From Nitrospinales bacterium (GTDB lineage: Bacteria > Nitrospinota > Nitrospinia > Nitrospinales > VA-1), in contig CBDCXL010000002.1 of assembly GCA_965223795.1 (NCBI GenBank), positions 1,184,001 to 1,248,000 on the forward strand: a DNA stretch of 64,000 nucleotides, read 5' to 3'. The position numbers were made by a program, and so were the translations under genes. How positions within the stretch are numbered: position 1 is the first letter of the stretch; each line of letters opens with the position of its first letter. Shown here piece by piece: positions 17,910-27,110 of this stretch. The notes under the pieces were generated by a model. The model saw nothing but the letters and a program-made list of their open reading frames with translations, had not been told where the DNA came from and did no database searches.

Positions 17910-18377
17910 ATGAAGAAAGCCACATTCGGGGCCGGGTGTTTCTGGGGCGTGGAACTCGCTTTTGCCAAAATCGACGGGGTGACCGCCACGGCGGTGGGCT
18001 ACAGCAACGGTTCGGCGCCCAATCCGACCTATGAAATGGTGTGCACGGGCAAGACGGGCCATGCGGAGGTGGTGGAGGTGGAGTACGACGAATCGAAGGT
18101 CGCCTACGATCAGCTTCTGGAAACCTTCTGGTCGATCCACGACCCGACCACGCTCAACCGCCAGGGGCCGGACATCGGCACGCAGTACCGTTCGGCGATT
18201 TATTTTCACGACGGCGAGCAGGAACGTGCGGCGCGCGCCTCGAAGGACAGGCAGCAGGCGTCGGGCCGCTTTCGCAACGACATCGTCACGGAGATCGCTC
18301 CGGCGCAGACGTTTTACCGGGCCGAGGAATACCATCAGCGCTACCTGGAGAAACGCGGCATGGGCAGCTGCCATTGA
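17910..18377 (+). CDS. msrA: Peptide-methionine (S)-S-oxide reductase
   Basis: [24 protein letters not shown] and AEEYHQRY motifs. Confidence 0.97.
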   Translation: MKKATFGAGCFWGVELAFAKIDGVTATAVGYSNGSAPNPTYEMVCTGKTGHAEVVEVEYDESKVAYDQLLETFWSIHDPTTLNRQGPDIGTQYRSAIYFHDGEQERAARASKDRQQASGRFRNDIVTEIAPAQTFYRAEEYHQRYLEKRGMGSCH

Positions 18378-18446
18378 TCCCTGTGCCGTGCACGGGTTTG
18401 CAAACCGCCTGAAAAAAAACGCAGCATTGCCATCGAGGTCTTTTGA

Positions 18447-19115
18447 GTGCAGCGCGATTATGAAATTCTGAAGCTGAAACCGGGGGCGACCTGGCTGGAG
18501 GTCAAGCAGGCGTACAAGCAGCGCGTGCTGGAATGGCACCCGGACCGCTTTCCGGCGGACGACGCGAAGCAGCAGAAACGGGCGACGCGGATCTTCACGG
18601 AGATCACGGAAGCCTACGCCCGGCTCGAGGCCTGGCACACGCGCAAGGAACGCGGCCAGTTCGCGGAGGAGCAGCCGGATTACGACAACGTCTCCAGCGG
18701 CGGCGGTCCCTCGGGCGGCGAGTGGCAGGACTCCCGCGACCTGCCGCAGTTCATGACCCGCACCTGGGACAACGGCGACAAGTACGAGGGCATGGTCCTC
18801 AACGACATGATGCACGGGCAGGGGGTGTTCACCTACCGCGACGGTTCGGTGTACTCGGGCCAGTTCCGGTTCGGCAAGATGGAAGGCCAGGGCTCGCTGG
18901 TGTTTCCCAACGGCGACCGCTATGCGGGCGGGTTCCGCGACAACCGCTTCCACGGCCAGGGCAAGATGCTGTTCTCCAACGGCGACCGCTACATGGGCAG
19001 TTTCTCCAACGACCAATACCACGGTCACGGGGTGTTTATCACGGAAGGCCGGGTGTACTCGGGACTGTGGGAATACGGCTCGCTCACGGTCGAGGAACCG
19101 CCGCACGGCTTCTGA
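18447..19115 (+). CDS. J-domain plus MORN-repeat protein
   Basis: YEIL..EVKQAY..WHPDRF J-domain; 4 MORN repeats (NGDRYAGGFRDNRFHGQG). Confidence 0.9.
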   Translation: MQRDYEILKLKPGATWLEVKQAYKQRVLEWHPDRFPADDAKQQKRATRIFTEITEAYARLEAWHTRKERGQFAEEQPDYDNVSSGGGPSGGEWQDSRDLPQFMTRTWDNGDKYEGMVLNDMMHGQGVFTYRDGSVYSGQFRFGKMEGQGSLVFPNGDRYAGGFRDNRFHGQGKMLFSNGDRYMGSFSNDQYHGHGVFITEGRVYSGLWEYGSLTVEEPPHGF

Positions 19116-19326
19116 CTCCTGCGCGGAGGGTGCGAGTGCTCACGCCGTGCGCTGTTTTTTGAACCGGGTGCGGTGTGTTTTGGCGGGACCGATCTCCTGC
19201 GCTCCTCGCCGGAGGGGCGGTTTGCTCTCGCCGCACCGAGTTTTCCAGTTTGGCCGGGGTGATATCCGATCGAACCGTTCTCCTGCGCGCTTCTCGCCGG
19301 AGGCGGCGGTCTGCTCACGCCGGGCA
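19116..19326 (+). repeat. Mini-array D, 3 units
   Basis: CTCCTGCG at 19116, 19194 and 19280; TGCTC(A/T)CG at 19137, 19223 and 19312; begins right after TGA. Confidence 0.88.
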
Positions 19327-19478
19327 AAGCTTTCTGGGTGAGCGCTGCGTTTTTGTGTCGGGCCGTGATCCCGAGCAGGCACAGGGTCGGCACACTCAGG
19401 TGGTTTCCGCAGCGTGTCCGTTGCCATTCTTTCGACCCGCATTCTTCTTTTTCTACTTTTTCATCTCTTTTCCGCATC

Positions 19479-19772
19479 ATGCCGGACTGGTCTGTGTATC
19501 TCATTCGCTTGCAAGACGGTCAGCTTTACACGGGCATCGCCGTGGACGTGGCCAAACGCTTCCAGGAGCACTCTCTGGGCGGGAAAAAAGGCGCGAAATT
19601 TCTGCGCGGCCGCGGTCCTCTGCGGCTGGTTTTCGAGCAGCGCGTCGGCAGCCGGTCGGCGGCGCTGAAAGCGGAGGCGCGCATCAAGAAACTCCCCAAG
19701 GCAAGCAAGGAGGAACTGATTCATGGGCGCTTGCGGCTGGATTCGCTGCTGGAAGGAACCGCTTCCGGGTGA
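19479..19772 (+). CDS. GIY-YIG nuclease family protein (UPF0213/YhbQ-like)
   Basis: WSVYLI..LYTGI..V.KRF.EH..GAKF.RGRGP..A.K.E.RIKKL pattern. Confidence 0.92.
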   Translation: MPDWSVYLIRLQDGQLYTGIAVDVAKRFQEHSLGGKKGAKFLRGRGPLRLVFEQRVGSRSAALKAEARIKKLPKASKEELIHGRLRLDSLLEGTASG

Positions 19773-19928
19773 ATCCGCGGATTCCCGCCGTATCGGCACC
19801 GGTGTTTTTTCAATCCTTTTGGGCAAAAAAACCTTTGGCACTCTTTTCAATTGGGAGTAAGTTAAAAGAACATCCCCAAAAAATTCAGACGTGACTGTGA
19901 CGGAACAGTACGGAAAGGAGATTGGAGA

Positions 19929-20180
19929 ATGAAAAAAATGCAACTTGCAGGTTTGCTCGGTGCGTTCTTGGTGGCCATCGTTTTGACAGGGTGCTCCTCG
20001 AAAGCGGGCAGCGCGGGTCTCGGGGCTTTGGGCGGCGCCGCCGCGGGTGCGGGCGGCTATGAGTTCCACCTGAAGAAGCAGAAGGACCGCATCGACGCCG
20101 ACCTGAAGGGCGGAAAGATCGACCAGAGAGAGTACGACATCCGCAAATCTCAGATCGAACGGGATTCGCTCCTTCAGTAA
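19929..20180 (+). CDS. Small lipoprotein with a glycine-zipper segment
   Basis: Lipobox LTGC; GLGALGGAAAGAGG; AAGGAG/GGAG RBS. Confidence 0.85.
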   Translation: MKKMQLAGLLGAFLVAIVLTGCSSKAGSAGLGALGGAAAGAGGYEFHLKKQKDRIDADLKGGKIDQREYDIRKSQIERDSLLQ

Positions 20181-20523
20181 CGGAAATTCCTCTTTTTTGG
20201 ATCCACGGCACCGGCGGGGGTGAACGCTCCTCCCGGTGCCGCATTCCCGCCTCTTCTTCATTGCCCAATCTGGCTGATTTACAGCAACGCCGGTTTTCCC
20301 GGCCGTTGCCGCTCACCTCAGCCATCCGCACCCGGCCGGTTTGGGAAAAGCCCGTTCCGGTTGGTTTTTTCATGACCGTTTCCTCCCCGTGAGTCTTTAA
20401 ATTTGCCTTTCCCGTGTCCAGTTTAAATGGAACCCGTCATTTCTCAGTGGTTTTGCCGGGCTTTACCTCCATTGGGGTATTTTTCACCGAACGCCTGTCT
20501 GACAAGGGATTTCCCGCGCGGGA

Positions 20524-21024
20524 ATGAAAAAAAAACATTATAATGGTTCGAGCCTTTCAGATTGGATTGGGGTCACCGGGGAGACGATGGGAAACGCACT
20601 CGCGTTTCTGAAACCGTACAGGACCTTAGCGATGCAAAAAGTCACGGCATTGACCATCACCCTCATCATCTGCGCGGTTGTTCTGTTTATGATGATGCTT
20701 CTGGACAGCGCGTTTTCCCGCGGCATGACCGCGTTCGGCGGCATCGGCCCGATCGCCGGACTCCTCCTCGTCATGGCGGTCATTCTGTCCTGCTGGCAGT
20801 ACTGCTTCAACCGGCTCCTGCCCGAGCGCGATTACCGGCCGTTTCTCGGGGTGGTGTGCGGCGTGCTTTTGAGCTACCTCATTTTCGAGAAGGTCGTGTT
20901 GCCGGAGCTTTCCGGTTTTTATGCGTTTTCCTTCCTGGTGCTGGAATTTTCCCTGCGCATGTTTCTGATCACCTCTGTGTACATGGTCACGCAGCGCGTG
21001 GGGGAATGGATCCGCGAACGCTGA
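20524..21024 (+). CDS. Hypothetical 4-TM membrane protein (start uncertain, possibly 20587)
   Basis: Four hydrophobic helices. Confidence 0.75.
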   Translation: MKKKHYNGSSLSDWIGVTGETMGNALAFLKPYRTLAMQKVTALTITLIICAVVLFMMMLLDSAFSRGMTAFGGIGPIAGLLLVMAVILSCWQYCFNRLLPERDYRPFLGVVCGVLLSYLIFEKVVLPELSGFYAFSFLVLEFSLRMFLITSVYMVTQRVGEWIRER

Positions 21025-21137
21025 AGCCCCTTTGCGGCCGCGCGGCCGGGACGTTGCCTCCCCTGCCGTGGCGCCGCTGACCCGCTCTTTTCCCCAAACT
21101 CCAATAAAATCAATCAACAAGCCGTTTTTCAGGCGTT

Positions 21138-21161
21138 TTGACACTGTTACAAAGTTGTAAC
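21138..21161 (+). promoter_or_regulatory. Candidate regulator site next to a TTGACA box
   Basis: TTGACA followed by TGTTAC-AAAGT-TGTAAC, which is both a direct and an inverted repeat. Confidence 0.4.
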
Positions 21162-21250
21162 GCCGGATTGACCCTGCTGTGATGCGGGTTTCCTATACTT
21201 TCGGTGTCTCCGGAATTGCTCCGGACTTTATCTGAAAGGGGTTGCCCGAT

Positions 21251-21988
21251 ATGATCCACAACAAGGCAGTGCATGCGGTCTGTTTGTCTTTTCTCCTCTG
21301 GGTTTGTGCGGCGGGTCTGCCTGTGAACGCCCAGGCGGCGCTGGAAGATTTCTGGAGTGTGCAAAAAATCCAGGAAAAACGCGATTTCTATCATGGCGAA
21401 TTTCCGGGCACGTCTCCGGTGCTGATGGCCCGGCTCAATGTCTCACCGGACACGCAGAAGGAAGACCCCATCGACAGCCTGCCGCGGGAAGCGATCGAGT
21501 TCAAAAACCTCGCTGAAAAATACGAGGAAAAAGGGGAATTGCAGAAAGCGGAAAAGCTGTACCTGCAATCGATGCGGGTGATCGTGAAATCCCTGGGCAA
21601 CAACCACCCGGTGTCCGCGTTCGCGCTGATCAATCTGGCGGACCTCTACATCCAGATGAAGGATTTTCTCAAGGCGGAACCGATGTACCTGCGCTCGTTG
21701 ATCATCATCAATAATTCGATGGGGCCGGACCATTTCTTCGCGGCGCTGGTGCTCAACAACATCGGCGGCATGTACAAGAAGATGAAGGAGTTCAACAAGG
21801 CCGAATCGATGTACCTGCGGTCGCTGGAAATCCACGAAAGCTCCCTGGGACCCAACCACCCGAATGTGGCCGTGCCGCTGAACAATCTGGCGGAGTTGTA
21901 CCGCATGATGGGGAATGATAAAAAGGCGGAACCGTATTTCCTGAGGGCGCTGGATATCTACAACGAATCGAAAAACCACCCGAACTGA
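21251..21988 (+). CDS. Secreted TPR protein (kinesin-light-chain-type 42-aa repeats)
   Basis: Repeats such as LGPNHPNVAVPLNNLAELY and AEPMYLRSL; signal peptide. Confidence 0.9.
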   Translation: MIHNKAVHAVCLSFLLWVCAAGLPVNAQAALEDFWSVQKIQEKRDFYHGEFPGTSPVLMARLNVSPDTQKEDPIDSLPREAIEFKNLAEKYEEKGELQKAEKLYLQSMRVIVKSLGNNHPVSAFALINLADLYIQMKDFLKAEPMYLRSLIIINNSMGPDHFFAALVLNNIGGMYKKMKEFNKAESMYLRSLEIHESSLGPNHPNVAVPLNNLAELYRMMGNDKKAEPYFLRALDIYNESKNHPN

Positions 21989-22356
21989 GACTCCGGCCGC
22001 CTGGACCGCGGTTTTTTGCGGCCGCAATCCCGGAGACCCGCCTTTCGCCCTCTCCTCAAGTCGGACGCCGCTGTCGCCGCTCATCCGGTTATCGCGGTTA
22101 TCGGAAACGCGATATAGTTTGCCCTGCCACACACCAAATTCGGCATGCCGATTTTGCAGCCCTGTTCCTTCCACCCATCGCGAATCCCCGCTCAGCCCAA
22201 AATAAAACTATATTTATCAAATAGCTAAAGGTTAGCCAGCGGGCAAAAAAATGTCCTGCGGCCGGCTTTTAGGCTGGATTTGAATGTAAAAATATGACAA
22301 CATCGATCTCCTGAACGAAATTATTTTTGAGGAAGAACCACTAGGAGACGCGCCTC

Positions 22357-23799
22357 ATGAATAAGAACGGTATTTTTTGTCTGTGGGTTTGGCTGTGCGC
22401 GGTTGCGCTGCTTTTTGCCCCCGCCTGCACCACCATCACCACCCCCGCCATCAACGATGCCGCGAAAATCGGCGATTTCAACAAAGTCGACTCGCTGATC
22501 GCCCAGGGCAACGACGTCAACGCCGAAACCCGGGACGGCAGCACGGCCCTGCACTCGGCGGCCAAAAACGGCTACGTCAAAGTCGCCAAGCTTCTGATCG
22601 AAAAGGGGGCGCGCGTGAACGCCCGCAACCGCAAGGGCATCACTCCGCTTTACCTCGCGGCGAAAAACGGCCACAAGGCGCTGGCGAACCACCTGATCGA
22701 AAGCGGCGCCAACATCAATGCGCAAAACCTGGCGCGGGACACCGCCCTGCACGCAGCGGCGATGAACGGTCAGATCGAGGTGGTGCAGCTGCTTTTGGAC
22801 AAGAAGGCCCAGGTGGACCTGCAAAACCGCGACGGCGCGACGCCTTTGCATCTGGCCGCCGGGGAAGGCCGCACCCAGATTGCGGACCTGCTTTTGCAAG
22901 CGGGCAGCCAGGTCGAAGCGAAGGACAAATACCGCAAGCAGCCGCTGCACTGGGCGGCTTCCGGAGGCCATCTCGCCCTGGTGGAGCGGTTTCTGGACAA
23001 AGGCGCGAAGGTGGACAGCGCCGACCAGTTCGGCCTCACACCGCTCAATCTGGCGTCTTTGCACAACCACCGCAAGGTGGCGGAAGTGCTCATTCAGGAA
23101 GGCGCGAACGTGAATCCGCGAGGCAGCTCGCCTTTGTTTTCGGCGGCGCGCAAAGGCCACACCGATGTGGCGCGGCTGTTGATCGAAAAGGGAGCCAAGG
23201 TCGACGCGCGTGAGGAGGAGGGTCCGACACCGCTGCATTTCGCGGCCGGCGGCGGCTATGTGGATCTCGTCACGCTGTTTCTGGACAACGGCGCCAACTT
23301 CAACGCCAAGGATCTGGTGGAAAACACGCCGCTGCACAGCGCCGCGGCGGGCGGCCACGCACAGGTGCTGAAGATCCTGATTAAAAAAGGTGCCGACGTC
23401 AACTCGCAGGAAAAGGACGGCACCACGCCGCTGCATCTGGCGGCGCGCGGCGGGCACACGCTGGCGGTGCAGTCGCTGATCGACAGCGGCGCCGACATCG
23501 ACGCGCGCGACAAAAAAAACCTGACGCCGCTGCACTGGGCGGCGCAGCGCGGCCACCATGAGGTGGTGAAAATTCTCATGGACAAGGGCGCCCAGCTGGA
23601 CGCGAAAGACACCACTCAGGACACGCCGCTGCACCTTGCGGCGAAAAAGGGCCACAAAGCCGCGGCGGAGCTCCTGGTGAGCGGCGGCGCCAATCTGAAG
23701 GCTGTGAACAAAGACGGACGCACACCCATCGATCTGGCCGCGCGCATGAACCACATCGTGGTGGCGGACATGCTGAAATGGTACGCGTCGAAGCGCTGA
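22357..23799 (+). CDS. Ankyrin-repeat lipoprotein (about 13 repeats)
   Basis: Repeated G.TPLHLAA..GH..V..LL..GA.VNA; lipobox-like APAC. Confidence 0.95.
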   Translation: MNKNGIFCLWVWLCAVALLFAPACTTITTPAINDAAKIGDFNKVDSLIAQGNDVNAETRDGSTALHSAAKNGYVKVAKLLIEKGARVNARNRKGITPLYLAAKNGHKALANHLIESGANINAQNLARDTALHAAAMNGQIEVVQLLLDKKAQVDLQNRDGATPLHLAAGEGRTQIADLLLQAGSQVEAKDKYRKQPLHWAASGGHLALVERFLDKGAKVDSADQFGLTPLNLASLHNHRKVAEVLIQEGANVNPRGSSPLFSAARKGHTDVARLLIEKGAKVDAREEEGPTPLHFAAGGGYVDLVTLFLDNGANFNAKDLVENTPLHSAAAGGHAQVLKILIKKGADVNSQEKDGTTPLHLAARGGHTLAVQSLIDSGADIDARDKKNLTPLHWAAQRGHHEVVKILMDKGAQLDAKDTTQDTPLHLAAKKGHKAAAELLVSGGANLKAVNKDGRTPIDLAARMNHIVVADMLKWYASKR

Positions 23800-23834
23800 G
23801 GCGCGCTCGACCGGCTGGCTGATTCTTTTGCCGT

Positions 23835-23870
23835 AAAAAATCCCGCGGCCTGTGCCGCGGGATTTTTTTT
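23835..23870. terminator. Bidirectional intrinsic terminator
   Basis: AAAAAATCCCGCGGC-CTGT-GCCGCGGGATTTTTTTT between convergent genes. Confidence 0.9.
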
Positions 23871-23871
23871 C

Positions 23872-25068
23872 TCAGAACCGCGGACGTTCTTTAAGGACCA
23901 CCGCCACCTGCATTCTGCGGCCGCCGCGCAGGACTTCCACCTCGACCGTGTCGCCCACCCGCCGCTTTTCGATCTGCCGGATCAGGGTTTCCATCGACAC
24001 CACTTTCTTTCCATCCACGGACAGAATCAAATCCCCGCCGATGGCGAGGCGCAGGTTGCCGTACAGGATCTCGCGGTTGCCGCCGCGCAGGCCCGCCGCG
24101 TGCGCGGGGCTGTCGCGCACCACTTCCACGACCAGAACCCCTTCCGGGGAGGCAAGCTTTAAAGCCGAAGCCAGATTCGGGTTCATGGCCAGGCCGGCGA
24201 TGCCGAGCCAGGGCCGCTGGTAGCGTCCGGTGCTGATCAGCTGCGCCGCCACTTCGCGGGCCCGGTTGACGGGGATGGCGAATCCGATTCCCTGGTAACC
24301 GCCGGTTACGGAAAAGATGGCGGTGTTGATGCCGATCACCTGGCCGTTGGAATTGAGAAGGGGCCCGCCGGAGTTTCCTGGGTTGATGGCGGCGTCGGTC
24401 TGGATGAGCTCGAACAGGCGGCCGCCGTCTTTGTGCTCGAGCTCGCGGTTGAGCGCGCTGACGATGCCGGTGGTCAGCGTCTGCGACAGTCCGAAGGGGT
24501 TGCCGATGGCGATGGCTTTCTGGCCCACGCGCACCGAGTCGGAATCGCCGAGCACCGCGACGGTGGGGACGAGGGAAGCGGGAATCCGGATCACGGCCAG
24601 ATCGGACGCCGGGTCGGTGCCGATGAGCACCGCTTCGCTTTTGACGCCGTTGCCGAGTGTGACGGTGATCTTCTGCGCCTTGCCGACGACATGGGCATTG
24701 GTCAGGATGTAGCCTTTCTGATCGATGATGAAGCCCGATCCCTGACCGCCCTGAGGCACGACCTGCCGCCAGAAATTGAGGGTCAGGGTCGTCGTCGAGA
24801 TATTGACCACGGCCTGGTGCACGCGGTCGTACACGTCCATGTTGATCTTTTCATCGCTGGAGATCACGTTCGACGACGCCACCGTCTGGGCGCGCACGAA
24901 ATCCAGGTCCTGCACATCGGGGCGGCCCGCGATACGCAGCTTGAGTGAGGGCCAGACCTGGTTGAGAAAAATGGCGGCGATCAGGGTGGAAACGATCCAG
25001 AGCCCAACACGAAACGGGGAGCCAGAGGACAAAGACGCGATTCCTTCTAAAAGATTCGAATGAGACAC
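23872..25068 (-). CDS. HtrA/DegP-family serine protease with one PDZ domain
   Basis: GSGFII, LTNAHVV, DLAVI and QTDAAINPGNSGGPL motifs; N-terminal TM. Confidence 0.95.
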   Translation of the reverse strand: MSHSNLLEGIASLSSGSPFRVGLWIVSTLIAAIFLNQVWPSLKLRIAGRPDVQDLDFVRAQTVASSNVISSDEKINMDVYDRVHQAVVNISTTTLTLNFWRQVVPQGGQGSGFIIDQKGYILTNAHVVGKAQKITVTLGNGVKSEAVLIGTDPASDLAVIRIPASLVPTVAVLGDSDSVRVGQKAIAIGNPFGLSQTLTTGIVSALNRELEHKDGGRLFELIQTDAAINPGNSGGPLLNSNGQVIGINTAIFSVTGGYQGIGFAIPVNRAREVAAQLISTGRYQRPWLGIAGLAMNPNLASALKLASPEGVLVVEVVRDSPAHAAGLRGGNREILYGNLRLAIGGDLILSVDGKKVVSMETLIRQIEKRRVGDTVEVEVLRGGRRMQVAVVLKERPRF

Positions 25069-25414
25069 ACAACCGACACGTGGATTGTATCAAAAATCGG
25101 GCGGGACCTCACTTCGTGATGGATCTGAGAAGTAACGGGAAGGGTGCGCCTAAGAGCGCGTGCTTTTGTTTTGCAGTGCGGGTTTTCGCCAAGCGGTCTG
25201 GCATCCTCTCTCCACAACCGCGGACCGGAGGGGCCGCGCGGTTTGGATAGCAGGAACATAAATCGCTCAGAACGGTTGCACGGGTGGGCCCGGCCCTCGA
25301 TGCACAAATCTTAACTTTACAGCACCGCTAACATTGCAGAGCACGCATCCGCCCGTGGGAAATCGCTGCGATGGCAAAAATCGAATTCGTTGTTTTTAAA
25401 AAAGCCCTGCGGAA

Positions 25415-25753
25415 TCAGAAATGGGATTTACACTCGGCCTCGATTTCACGGTTTCCGATCAGATCGCATTTCTCTTTTTTAGAATCGATCACCGCCTGGC
25501 AGAGATTCTGCAAGTCGCGGCTGCGGATCAAGGAACAGTAATACGAGCTGTGGTCTTTGTTCTCGAACCGGTTTTGACCCTCATTTTTTCCGTGAGTGGG
25601 GTTGCTCATGGCCAGACACAGGTTGCGGCGGTCTCCGCTTTTTATTTTCTCGCAGTCGGACATTTTGGTCGTCTTGTCCTTGGCATGAACGGGTTGCACT
25701 AGAAACACTCCAAGAAACAACGCGGCTAGCCATAGTTTGCTGACACTTCTCAT
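25415..25753 (-). CDS. Small secreted Cys-rich protein
   Basis: Signal peptide ending VHA; three C..I.....r..C repeats; AGGAG RBS. Confidence 0.8.
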   Translation of the reverse strand: MRSVSKLWLAALFLGVFLVQPVHAKDKTTKMSDCEKIKSGDRRNLCLAMSNPTHGKNEGQNRFENKDHSSYYCSLIRSRDLQNLCQAVIDSKKEKCDLIGNREIEAECKSHF

Positions 25754-26099
25754 TTCCCACTCCTTTCCCGTTGCAAGGCCCACCTGCAGAGCGGACCTTT
25801 TTTCGGATCGATAAATTGGACCTGAGCGTTGAGAATAAACCAATCCCGACAAAAAAAACAACGCCTACGAAATAAGCATAATAGTTTCAGATCGTTAATG
25901 ATAGCCTAAAATGGCAAGTGTTTTTCTTTGCCCTCTGCCCGGCTTCGCGAACGCGGCTTAGTCAAAGGTACGATTTTCCAATCCCGTTTCAGTTTTTTTG
26001 GGTTTTGCTAATTTCCTGGTGTAATCTGGATGGCAGGGATGAGGGGACGTCATCCGGCGATCGCGCGATCGCCGATTCAGCCATGAAGGGGAGTCCGCT

Positions 26100-26591
26100 A
26101 TGTGTGATTTTTTTGCAAGGATGTTTTTTCTTTCCGCTCTGATGGTTTCTTTGTCGTTCGCCAGCGTTCCCGCGTATGCGGATGCGACAGCGGACGCGAC
26201 GGGCGGCGAGCCGAAGCTCGAGGATCAGTTCAACGAGCTGACCGATGAATGGCAGCGGCGCATCGTGGACGCGCTGCGGCAGATTCTGGCGAAGGAATTG
26301 AACCGGTTGAAGGCGGATCAGGCCCTGCCGGCTGAATCGCTGCGCAGCCAGATTTCCGACCAGGAATCGGTATTGAAAAAACAGCCGGACAATCCCTCCA
26401 GCCATTTCACTCTGGGTTCCCTGTACAACGATCTCGGGGACGGGGCCAACGCCATCATCCACATGAGAAAAGCGGAGCGGTTTTACAAGGAGCAGAACGA
26501 CGTCAAGGGAGTGGCCGAGTCCCGGCGCAGCTTACGAAATTATTACGCCCGATTTGGCTACAAGCCTGAGGATTTTGATCTCAAGGAATGA
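26100..26591 (+). CDS. Secreted TPR-like protein (paralog of 2513-2992)
   Basis: Signal peptide; PSSHFTLGSLYNDLGDGANAIIHMRKA. Confidence 0.85.
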   Translation: MCDFFARMFFLSALMVSLSFASVPAYADATADATGGEPKLEDQFNELTDEWQRRIVDALRQILAKELNRLKADQALPAESLRSQISDQESVLKKQPDNPSSHFTLGSLYNDLGDGANAIIHMRKAERFYKEQNDVKGVAESRRSLRNYYARFGYKPEDFDLKE

Positions 26592-26670
26592 CTCTTGAGC
26601 GCAGGGCGCCTTGCAGCGGCCGATACGCTGCGTGCCCGGACCGGTTCGCGTATTGTGACAAGGAGGCGGC

Positions 26671-27021
26671 ATGTCTTTGGGACTGGCCATATCCGGTTTG
26701 ACCCGGCGCGACAGCACGGAAAAGGTGTGGACACTGGAAACGGTTTCCTGGTGGGACGAGCGGGAATTGATTCAGGATTCCCGGTTTGAGAAACTGGATC
26801 TGGGTTCTGAAAAATGGGTGTACGAAGCGGTCCTCAAAACGGAGGAAGCGCTTGCGCTCAATGAAAAATACAAAAAGGAATTTCTCGGCACGTTCGACGG
26901 CGACGCGCTGGCGAAAAACTACCAGGACCGCAGAAAGCAGCAGGTGGAAGAGCTGGAACGCAGTCTCAAGGACCCGCGCACGCCCTACGTCAGCCTGTGG
27001 GTGTTCGAGTGGGATTACTGA
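26671..27021 (+). CDS. Hypothetical protein
   Basis: AAGGAGG RBS; protein-like composition. Confidence 0.8.
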   Translation: MSLGLAISGLTRRDSTEKVWTLETVSWWDERELIQDSRFEKLDLGSEKWVYEAVLKTEEALALNEKYKKEFLGTFDGDALAKNYQDRRKQQVEELERSLKDPRTPYVSLWVFEWDY

Positions 27022-27037
27022 TTCATTCCACGCAATA

Positions 27038-27082
27038 AAACGAAAACGCCCTTCCCGTTTGACGGGAAGGGCGTCTTCGTTT
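27038..27082. terminator. Bidirectional terminator hairpin
   Basis: AAACGAAAACGCCCTTCCCGT-TTG-ACGGGAAGGGCGTCTTCGTTT between convergent genes. Confidence 0.85.
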
Positions 27083-27110
27083 CGAAGCGGTTTGCGTTGT
27101 CGCTTAAGCG

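Noticed and set aside
11359..19326. Calling the 78-bp arrays CRISPR
   Set aside because: Repeats are degenerate, there are only 2-4 units, spacers within an array resemble each other, and there is no AT-rich leader or cas gene in the window.
19836..19852. Sigma54 promoter TTGGCACTCTTTTCAAT before the small lipoprotein
   Set aside because: The -24 box is good but the -12 GC is missing.
22141..22159. Sigma54-like CGGCATGCCGATTTTGCA
   Set aside because: GG-to-GC spacing is 12, not 10.
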